Source of the DNA: Chlorokybus atmophyticus
Taxonomy: Eukaryota; Plantae; Mesostigma and Chlorokybus algae
Assembly (NCBI GenBank): GCA_009103225.1
Contig: RHPI01002533.1
Location: 1,555,186-1,619,185 of the forward strand
DNA: 64,000 nucleotides
Direction: 5' to 3'
Part shown: positions 42,891-52,999 of the stretch, in pieces
How positions within the stretch are numbered: the stretch's first letter is position 1
Layout of the letters: each line of letters opens with the position of its first letter
Notes under the pieces: model-generated
Databases searched by the model: none
The model's input: only the letters and a program-made list of their open reading frames with translations
What the model was told of the DNA's origin: nothing
Translations under genes and position numbers: made by a program

Positions 42891-43171
42891 GAATGCCTTT
42901 GTTGTTTACCGTATTTACCCGTTGATAGTGCCCCCTTTCTAATGTAGTGCCCCCCCAAAATTCAAAAGGGGGTAATTGTACCCCGCGGGGGCACTCTATT
43001 CGAAAGGGGGCATTACATGATATGAAGATTACGCTAACTGACCGTATCTGGCTGCATTCAGCGTGATACAAAGCAACAACATAAGAGACAAAACCGTAAC
43101 TCAAGTGTAACTTGCTGTAATCTATGTGTTATCCTACAGTAAGGGGGCACAATTGTACACGAGAAGGGGGC

Positions 43172-43480
43172 TGTAAGAAGAGGGGGTGCTCCCTCCTCCC
43201 TTAATCCCCTACCCCAACACCACCACCAGCCACGCCGCCCACGCCGCCGCCGCCAGGGGCAACTGCCTGAGCAGAAGAACCCCTGGCTATGGCGGCCGAT
43301 ATCCACATGAGAGTCATGTCTCATGTCGATATCAGCGTTACAGATAAGTAACACTACATTAGGGCCTTAACATAGGTTAACGGCCCTAATATGGCTTAAT
43401 AGGCTGTATAATCTCGTTGGGACCCGTATTTAATCCTAAATAAGGGCGGGGAACCTCTATGGAGGTAGCACACCGTTACT
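43172..43480 (-). repeat. E1 3' LTR
   Basis: Aligns to 49723-50057 apart from a ~25-bp deletion and scattered substitutions. Terminal TG is mutated to AG next to the PPT (43481-43495). Confidence 0.95.
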
Positions 43481-43602
43481 TTCCCCCCCACTTAGGTTTC
43501 AATGTGCTTATTAAAGGGTTAGCAAAGCCCCACTACGAGTAAAAAAACGAAAGTAGTAAGAGAATTAGGGCCGAAGCGGTAAAGATGTCTGCCAGCACCC
43601 TT

Positions 43603-46600
43603 TTACCGTCCGCGTCTGGACACAGTACTCCAGTACCCCCGAAAAATCTCTTGGCAGTTGGTAAGATTCCTTTCGGGCTCCCATGTATTGTGCTCAACAC
43701 TATACCCTTTTCATTTCACCAAGTAAGACGGCGCGCGTCCGCGTCGAGGCTTACGATAACTCAGGATTGCTTCCACCACATACTCAAAAGTATCATCGCC
43801 ATCCACTGCAACGGGGGGTGGAGGAGGTTGAACCCGACCGACAGAAAGGTACGGTTTCAGTACACTCACATGAAACACATTGTGAATGCGTATCGATCTC
43901 GGCAAGTCCAAACGATACGCGTGAGTGCCGACCCGATCAATCACTTTAAAAGGGCTTATCCAGCAAGGGAAAAACTTGCGGGTACCCACTCCCTTGATGG
44001 ATATGTTTTTGGTGCTGAGAAGCACCGAAAAGCCCACATCGTAGTTGGCCTCTGTACGATGCGCATCAGCATGGGCTTTTTGTCTGTCTTGCGCTGCGCG
44101 CAGCCAGTCCTTTGCCAATGCTAACCTATCCTGCATGGCCGAAGCCATCCCGCGCGCTGCAGGTACGCGAGTTATGTCGGTAGCGAGCAACTTAATGTTT
44201 GCAGGACTCAGTGGATGCACTCCATAATTCAAGAAAAACGGAGTTTCCTGCACACTCTCTTGCCATGCATGCTTAATCGCGGACTCAGCCATTGGGAGAT
44301 AAACATCCCAATCAGATTGGTTCGGACTCACATGATGCCGGATGGTTTCCTCAATCACGTGATTGGCGCGCTTTGTCTGACCATCCGTCTGTGGATGGTA
44401 AGCTGTGCTCATGTTCTGGTGAATATGTAAAAAGCTGCATAGCGACTTCCAGAACTGAGCTACAAATTGCGGATCGTGATCGGATACGAAGTTACGAGGC
44501 AAGCCATGTAACTTAAACACAAAGGCGACAAAAACCATCGCTAACTCATGGGAGCCTATTTCCGTGCGGCAAGGGACAATGTGAACCATTTTTGTTAAAC
44601 GGTCCACAAAAACTGCACCCGCAGTGTGTTCTAATGCTGTCTCCGGGAGCTCAAAAATTAGATCCATACTCACACTTTCCCACTTGCCATCAGGAACAGG
44701 CAAAGGTCGCAGCAACCCAGCGGGTTTTTGACGTAACGGCTTGTCACGCTGACATTTGTCACACGTGTCAACATCATGCTTCACGACAGGCAACGATAGC
44801 CACCAGTACAACTGTTGCGCTGCCTTAATAATCTTGCGACCCCCAAAGTGCCCAGCATACGGTGGATTGTGTACTTCAGCTATGCATTTCATGCGTTACC
44901 CAGCATGGTCAGGTATCACCAAGCTGGCGCCCATATATTACAAGTTGTCTCTTTTGTTAAACTTTTGTACATTCTCTTGTATAGAGAACCATAGGTCTAA
45001 TGCATACCCCTGTAAAACAGCTTCGACAAACTCATCATCAGGAGGCAATGTACCCTGCGTTGCAAGCAACTGCGCACGCATAACTGCCAACAATGACGGA
45101 CAGCGACTCAGAGGATCTGCCACGTTGGTCCTGCCCGGCCGGTATACCCATTCAAAGGTAAGCCGCGACAGGAACTCATTCCAGCGAGCTTGCCTACGCG
45201 ACATGTTTAGCTGTGTTTAGAAGTACACCAACGGGTTGTGATCGGTCACCACTGTGAACTGAACTCCCTCCAAGTAACATCGCCATGTTTCAAGAGCATG
45301 CACTATACCAAGCAATTCCTACTCAGTGGTAGTGTAGTTCACCTCTCCTGGGATGAATTTCCTACTCTCATAAGCACATGGTCGGCCATTCTGTAGCAAT
45401 ACTGCACCACACTCAAGGGTGGAGGCATTGTTTATCACAGTGAAGTGTTTATCCCAATTTGGCAATGCCAATACTGGTGCCGAAGTCAAAGCCAGCTTCA
45501 CTTGTTGCATAGCAGCTTCTTGTGCTGCTGTCCAAGAGAATGGGGCAGCCTTTCGCAACAGTTTTGTCAAAGGCACCACAACTGTAGAGTACCCCATCAT
45601 AAACTTGCGAACATAGTTGGCCAACCCCATAAATGATCGCAACTGATGGATACTCTTAGGTTGAGGCCAATCTTTTACCTTTTACTTGCACTTTGCGAGG
45701 GTCAGGTTTGACACCCGCTCCACTCACAATATGCCCTAAGAATGGCAACTGTGTCTTGCCAAAGTCACACTTTGACAAGTTGGCAAACAAGCGATGTGCT
45801 TGCAGTCAAGCGAGCATCGCTTCTAGTGCCTTTTGTGCTCTTCTTTTGTTTTACTGAAAGCAATAATGTCATCCAAGTAAACCATAACATGCTTGCCCAG
45901 TATATTACCAAAGATTTTATTCATTTCCTTCTGAAACACCGCAGGTGCATTTCTCACTCCAAAAGGTAACACTTTGTACTGATAATGACCTGAAGGTGTT
46001 CTAAATGCTGTCTTCTAAACATCAGAAGGGTGAATACGGATTTGATGATAACCGCTTGTCAAGTATAGCGTACCAAATTACGCATTCCCCGACAGCTTAT
46101 CAAACACATCATCAGTCCGTGGTAACGGGTATCGATTATTTATCGTGATCTTGTTCAAAGCACAATAATCTACACACATGCGCAATTTCCCATTCTTTTT
46201 CATCACAAACAAAATGGGTGCGCCAAAGGGTGACGAACTTGGTTCAATCAGACCCTTCTCCAACAACTCCTTGATTTGAGTTTCCATTTCCCCCCTCTCA
46301 TTTGGGTTGAGCCTATATATAGGCTAGAACAGAGGTTCACTATCAGGAAGTAATGGTATTGTGTGTCCGACACCTCGATCAGGGGGTAAGCCTGGCAACT
46401 CATCTGAGAATATGTTCTAATATTCTCAATGATGTTTGCAACACCTTCCGTACTGCCTGGCACAAAGCCATCAGACGACGTTACGTGCACAAGGAAAGCC
46501 GGTGTGTTTGTACGCAACGCATGCTTCACTTGCATTGCGGTGAGAAGCGCGGGGTCAGATTGCTTATGTACCAAGCTATAGGACCCTCTCACAGACAGCG

Positions 46601-47367
46601 TCACTCGCTTATGACCCTTTTTCACTGTGCACAGTTGTGCACCAGTATCCAATGTCATATTGACACTTTCCTGCCATTCCTGTCCGAGTACCACATCAAC
46701 ACCAGTTATGTTGATGGACACCACTATGAAGGCGAGGTCGGCATGATAGCTACCAATCTTTACCGTCATTTAACTTCTCCTTTCACTGGCAACGTACCCC
46801 CAGCACCGGCAGCTGAAAATGCTGAGGGTTTACACGCTACTTTATTGCGCACAACCCATTGTTCCTCAATAAAGTTGTGTGTTGCACCAGTGTCAATTAA
46901 GAACGAACTGGTTATCCCTTGCATTGTGCCACTTAATGTCCACAACAGAGGTACAACCGTCCTTGAAAAGTAGCCAAGAGTCCGTGACCAATGCGAGGGT
47001 TGAGTAAAATTGCTGACAATCGCACTATCCATGTTTCACGCTTGCTAAATTGCTTCAACACAGTTCCCCCTCAAGTGTGTTTCAACCATGAGCCATGATA
47101 TTTAGGCACCATCACTACCACACTTAAGGTTCTGTGCTTACTTTGCAACTCAATCAAAGTGTGCAACACATTGGTAAGCATGTTAAACTCCACATGTACC
47201 AACACACAAGCATTCTCGTCCACCTTTTCAACATCAAAAAGTGGCAACCTGCTATGTGCTTGCTATGCATGCGTCATTACATGCACTTGGGACAGCTCAT
47301 TAAACCAGTTTGCTACTAGTACAAGCAACTGGTTATCAACCAATTCTACATCAGTCACGGCGTAATC
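43603..47367 (-). pseudogene. E1 pol (extra N-terminal domain, protease, RT, RNase H, integrase, chromodomain); multiple stops/frameshifts
   Basis: FLIDTGATHNF protease, LRMCVDY and YLDDII RT, CAYESRK RNase H, H-H-C-C zinc finger, WESVSMD and YHPQTDGQT integrase, GPY/F region, and chromodomain EYVVEAIL...YLVK*KGY...NTWEPERNL. Confidence 0.95.
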
Positions 47368-48843
47368 CTATTCAACCTTCTTGGCCTTGCCCTTCCCCTT
47401 GATTGGGCAGTTGTTTGCGATGTGGCCAGGCTGATTACAGACGTAACAGGTGCGAGCAGCAGCAGGCATGGCACCACCAGCAAATGCGCCACTGGTAGAA
47501 GCACCAAATGTCTTCACCTTCTTTGCCAAGTGTGCACTCGGATGAGAGAAACGCTTTCCTCCCACCCCCGGCGGCTTGGCCGAAACTGCCACATGTGACT
47601 TGTCCTGCACCGCCGTGTCATCATTGTACACGTACACGCTCAGCTTCTGCAGCTTGGCCAAGTTCTCTGGAACCCAAGGAAGTCCCGTTGCCGTGTTGTA
47701 CTGCAGCTGATCATGCACACGCGCATCCAAGCCGCGCTTGTACAACTCAAGCTGCTCGGCCTTGTCCATAGGCATGAGGCCGCTGTTTGCACGACCCACC
47801 AATGCCAAAAACTCCTGCAGATAGGCTGAGGCCGCCCGACCATTCTGGCGCAACTTGCTGAGCTTGTTGCGAGCTTGAGTAGCCGGGTCCATGCCACCAT
47901 AGCGTTCCATCAGGAACTGGTAAAGTGCCTCCACTGTCTTGGCAGCACCATCTTCTGTCCGCCTCGCCCATTCGGCGAGAGCATCAGATGGCATGAGCAA
48001 CTCAGCAACAGCAATGTGCTCATTAACCGAGCGCTTGAGTGCCGTCAAGTAGTGCTCGACAGTGACCACCCAGTCGTGAATGCTGACGCTGCCGTTAGGC
48101 TTGAACTTCTTAGGCTTGTTCAGCGCTGTCACCGGCAGACCTGCTGATGCCCCAGCTGCGGAAGTAGCCCCCACCACTTGTTGCCGCAGCGCCACCAACT
48201 TAGATTGCATCGAGTCGAGGCAAGCTGCCAACTTCACCCGAGCAGTTAACTTGTTCTCCAAGTCAAGCCCCAAGTATCAGAACACATCCTTGCAGCGTTG
48301 CTGGGTTTCTATCATCAAGTCGGTCAGAGCCTCAAACGCCAAGCGGTTCCCTTCGTACGGGGGTGGCTTGCCGTATATGGCCATGAGAGCAGCCACCTTC
48401 GAATCACCACACACGAATGGCGGAACATTGTTCGTCAACTTGTGCTCAAGCATGCGGATCACAAACTCCTTGCTTGCGCGAGGGAGTGTACCAAAGTCCG
48501 TCTCATAGCCATCATGAACAGTCTGAGCCCATGCATCCCATGTTTCCTTACGAAGCTGTGGGTGGGCATCAAGCAGAGCTTTACGCCCATCTGCATACTT
48601 CTTAATGGCCCCGCCAATGACATTGTGAGTGTCCACTACAGCTGGTGCAGTGTGAGTGTCCACTGCAATTAGTGCACTCTGAGAAGACTGGTCAGGCAAA
48701 GCATCGCTGTCTTCCTTGTCTTCTTCTTTGTCACTGATAGTAAGCTTATAGCTTTCACTCGTGTCAGAGTAGTTCACTTCCTCTTCACTCGATGGCTCAT
48801 ATGATGTGGACTTCTCCACATCATCCCCTCCTTGGTCAGACAT
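47368..48843 (-). pseudogene. E1 gag with long N-terminal extension and CCHC knuckle; one internal nonsense codon
   Basis: ORFs 48843-48277 and 48273-47368 are one frame broken by TGA, where E2 has TGG. Zinc knuckle CYVCNQPGHIANNC. Ends at TAG 47370-47368. Confidence 0.9.
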
Positions 48844-49722
48844 CTGCCAAAGAATACAAGCCGTCAATAGTAGAATTGTGCAAGTGCACAAAACACACAA
48901 GTTGTGCACTGCAAAAGTGTTAAAATGTATAGATTTTGTCTCGTCAAGTTTCAAGTGCTTAACGTGGAGTATTCAGCTTAGACAAGAGCTCTCCACACAC
49001 CTTTCATCTAGACACTCACTCTGAACCAGACCGCACGCGGCGGTTCACAAGTTACAACTTGTCAAAGTTTTCACTTTGTACAACTCAGTTCAACCCACAA
49101 TTGTAATTGACACACAGGGTGCCAAAATCTCGTTGAATCAATCTTACAGGCTGATATCAGCAAGTTGTGAGTTGTGAGTTTAATATCGGCAGCACAGAGT
49201 GACTCTGGCGGCCTCACCGCACTGACTGGCGGTAACGGCAGCCGATGTTGCCACCGAATTGCCTTACAAGGGTTGGTTTTGTGAATACAATGTCACACCC
49301 TTCACACCACCACGAATCCACGTGGTGGCAAGCACACAAGCACAAGCACAGTAATGTTATCACAATAATGTGATCACAAGTGATGTGCTGCGCATGCAAT
49401 GCTTGGGGGATAGGCTGCCTGAGTGGTCGCCTTCCCCAACAGCAAGCTAGGCTAGGCTAGGCTAAGGCAGCTAGGCTGCGCTACGCTAGCAGGCAAGCAT
49501 GCAAGCTAACTACACCAGCAGCAGCGTTTAACTACTACAACAACAACAACAACAACTAACAACCACCACTACCCACCGTAGTGGGTAGCGGCTGCTAGTG
49601 CCGCCTTTGCCGCCGCTGCAGTCGCTGCCGCCTAAGCCCGCCGCCTGCCGCTGCTGCCGCCTCTGTGCCGCCAGAGCCGCCGCCCCTCCCACAGGCCCTC
49701 GCCGCCCTTGCTCCGATACCAA

Positions 49723-50057
49723 TGTAAGAAGAGGGGGTGCTCCCTCCTCCCTTAAATCCCCTACCCCACCACCACCACCAGCCACGCCGCCCACGCCGCC
49801 GCCGCCAGGGGCAACTGCCTGAGCAGAAGATCCCCTGGCTATGGCGGCCGCGTTAGCAGCACCGCCATGTGGTTGATATCGACATGAGACATGAGTCTCA
49901 TGTCGATAACAATGTTACAGATAAGTAACACTACATTAGGGCCTTAACATAAGTTAACGGCCTTAATATGGCTTAATAGGCTGTATAATCCCGTTGGGAC
50001 CCTTATTTAATCCTAAATAAGGGCGGGGAACCTCTATGGAGGTAGCACACCGTTACA
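49723..50057 (-). repeat. E1 5' LTR followed by PBS (49722-49710)
   Basis: TGTAAC...TTACA ends. Contains a perfect 14-bp-arm hairpin at 49877-49908. Confidence 0.96.
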
Positions 50058-50451
50058 GGGGCATAGTGTAGCCTAACAATGTGCCCCGCTTGAAAATTCA
50101 GGGAGGTAGTAGGGGGGCACTCTGAACGGGTAAATACGGTATGCATGTTTCAACAGTTACCTACTACATGTATATGCGATTGATGTTGGCAAATATGTGC
50201 CAACATCAAACACGCACAACCTGTTGTTATGCATACACATATTATTTTTACAATATTGTTGTGCTAATCATACATGCATACATTTCCCTTAAAGCACTGT
50301 ACAACTGTCAGGAGTCACAAGTTTGCTGTGCAAAAATGACATCACTCGACGTGTTTGGCAAATTTTGCCAGCAATTCGGCGCGCAATAAGACGCTCCCGC
50401 CCACTACAGGCGCATGCATGTAAATTGGTAATATCCGACACTATCACAGCC

Positions 50452-50522
50452 ACGCACGGGACGGGATTCGAACGCACGACCTATGGCTTGGTGAGTGGTG
50501 GACCAACTTGGTCTAAAACGAC
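50452..50522 (-). other. tRNA-like relic / SINE head
   Basis: Minus strand reads TAGACCAAGTTGGT (A-box-like) ... GGTCGTGCGTTCGAATCCCG (B-box/T-arm-like). Acceptor and anticodon stems do not pair well. Confidence 0.45.
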
Positions 50523-51736
50523 TCAATCATAAAGGCAAACACCACACATTTCGCAAACGCTACATTATATCTTGTACAACGCCTTTCCGGCTGTAGCTTT
50601 GGTTTGGCCAATTATCTGGCGGCCATAAACCCCTAAAACAGGAAAGAAGCAGTTGGGCCAAGCGCTTTGGCCCGGGAGTTCGGCGGGGACGCGGACGGGG
50701 TAAACAAAGAGATTGGTCCATTATGTGAATTGTTTGCAATAGTGGTGTTGCTAAGTTTGTAATACAAATAACTTAATAAACTCCTCTGCTTCTATTTAGT
50801 GGCTTAGCGGTTCAATGCGCCGCTTGCGCATCCGTTCAAGCCTGCATTCCTCGCGGGTGGACAACGCCAGGGCTTTGCGTCGATGCGCGCATATGATGCG
50901 CAATAGGCTGAAGCGGTCTACTACGCGACGAGCTTGCAGTTGGTATAATTTGCCCAACACGTTCAGTTTTGCACGCAACATAGAGTGCATGTACACTTGC
51001 GTAATTTGCGTTCGAAGGTCTTTGCGCAAAGTTCGCTGACGTGGCCCCCAAAATCTTCAAATTGCGATACACGCCTTTCCCCAAAACCCCGCCAAATGTA
51101 CACTAGCAGTTGTTGTCAGCAATGGCCGGTACAATCATCAGCAATCGCCGCCATCGGGGGCCGTTGCAAGTCCTTTACAAGGTTTATGAATCGGGACCCA
51201 CCAGTCGTGTCAAAAATTAGCAGCAATCGCAAGGTTCGTTTGCAAAAGCTACGTCGCACGGTGACTGACTATGGACTGAGGGATTAATGGGTGCATGAGC
51301 CTGCCTATGCCTGCTTGCCGCTGCCTAAAATGTGACGTTTAGACTGTTGGGTTTGCCGTTGGCTTATATGGACTGACGCAGACGGCCGCGGGCCGAAAGT
51401 GGTTGTCAGTGGCACTGACTGGCCGAGAGTTGTCAACCAATTACCTTTTCGTCGATGTGCACAGACGGCCGTTAGCCGGTAATAATTACACACAGCTGAC
51501 AGCAATCACCGGCAGTTTCCTTGCCGTTACTCTGCTGTTAATATATGACCCTTACCATTTGACAAAAGTTGAAAATTCTTGCCATAAGGCAACACTAACA
51601 TGCCATGCAGCTTGTACAAACCTTAGACTGATTATTTGGTCTTGCAACTGAGCAGCCGACTTGCGCATGAAACTACCTACAACATTGAGTTTCACTGTTG
51701 CACTTATGCGCAGCTTGTCAACCCGTGGGGCCTACC

Positions 51737-52170
51737 TTAAAACTCCTCGTCAACCCCCTCCTCATGTTCCTCCTCCGACAAGTCTTCTGCTTCAACATCG
51801 GAGTCATCTTCATCTGCTGCCTCGCTAGCTGACAATACAGCGGCTACTTCATCATTCGGATTGAATGTCGGCACCTCGCCGTGCACGCGCATGCGCTTGA
51901 TGGTCGCTCTGAGAGTGACCACCTGCATTTGGTAATGCTATAAGAGTGGCGTTCTGCCAGAGGACCAGCCCATCAGCATACACATGCTTACCTTGTCTTT
52001 CGCTTTGTCGCACTCCGCCTTGCAGACGGTCAGCCAACCGCGCTGCTCTTGGTTCTCTCGGACCGACATGGCAATCGGCAAGCATACTGCTTAATTGCCG
52101 CTGGAAACACTATACTAGGTCATGGATTACCCATTCGTGGTACTACGCAGCTTCTTGTTTGCGACTTTTG
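51737..52170 (-). pseudogene. Small spliced accessory ORF with acidic tail inside the Plavaka element
   Basis: MSVRENQEQRGWLTVCKAECDKAKDK|VVTLRATIKRMRVHGE...DEDDSDVEAEDLSEEEHEEGVDEEF*, joined by a GT-AG intron at 51991-51923. The upstream part contains a stop. Confidence 0.45.
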
Positions 52171-52999
52171 AGCTCCCGCAAGTAGGAATAGGCTATGCAT
52201 TTGTGAGATTAGTCATGCTGTTCATGTGCATGACACTTGAGGTTGTGCATAAGGATGTGCATGTGGTATTGACAGTGTAAGTCATGTGCAAGATACTTGA
52301 GGCCGTGCATGTGCAAGATAAAAGAACCCTAGCATGTGGCATTGACACTGCATCGTAACCCACCTTGGTTATGCCAGCCTTGTTTGGTCCCTTTAATCAT
52401 GTTGCCGTGGTCGCAACTGCTGGTGGGTGGGATGTTCTTAGAGGCATTATTGTGGTGTGCCTTTTCTCACTCGGAGGGGGAGCCCTGTAAGATATCGCCC
52501 AAGTCATTGTTGTTATTGGCTGTGCCCTTGGTAGGCATGGTGGGGTTTGACACCGAGGACACCCCACCTTGCCCGCCCTATGCAAACATGGGCTTCATCC
52601 CGCACCTCGACCACAACACCCACTACGCCCCTGGCAGCGCCGCCAACAATCCACCAAACGAGTCGTACCATCGGCATCACCGCCCTGTAAGGGCATAGCT
52701 TGGCGGAGCCATCAATAGTGTTTTCATGCGCAGGGAATGGCATTGCCAGCACTTGTCAATAGTACAAACTGCCATTGCCACAAAGGTACCATTCTAAGTG
52801 TACCTTTTATATGTACCTTTTGACAAAATCATCTTCGTACCATTGAAACGGAACAATCAGAATATTTATGCAAACTCACCCCACCCTGGACGATCAATGG
52901 CTTGATCGTAGCATCATAATTATGATAATTATGGTCCGACGGAGCCGTCACGCCAGTAAATGGCGGCCAAGTTTCCCGCCTTTGGCATGCAAGGGTAGC

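Larger units (their letters stand above)
43172..50057 (-). mobile_element. Ty3/gypsy chromovirus-type LTR retrotransposon E1 (full length, decayed)
   Basis: LTRs 50057-49723 and 43480-43172. 5-bp TSD GGGGC (43167-71, 50058-62). PBS TTGGTATCGGAGC (tRNA-iMet-like) and PPT AAGTGGGGGGGAA. Domain order gag-PR-RT-RH-IN-chromodomain. Confidence 0.97.
42909..50139. mobile_element. Tc2/pogo-like MITE (~340 bp when rejoined), split by LTR element E1
   Basis: 27-bp TIRs CCGTATTTACCCGTTgAtAGTGCCCCC (42909-42935) and 50113-50139, with 2 mismatches. Flanked by TA on both sides (42907-8, 50140-1). Internal GGGGGCAC motifs. No transposase. Confidence 0.85.

Noticed and set aside
50452-50522. Functional tRNA gene
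   Set aside because: Acceptor and anticodon stems do not pair. Kept only as a relic or SINE-head candidate.
50796-51230. Basic, coding-looking minus-strand ORF left of the Plavaka terminus
   Set aside because: Only 77 codons, with upstream frameshifts or stops and no recognisable family. It may be a relic cut by the transposon, but this is unsupported.
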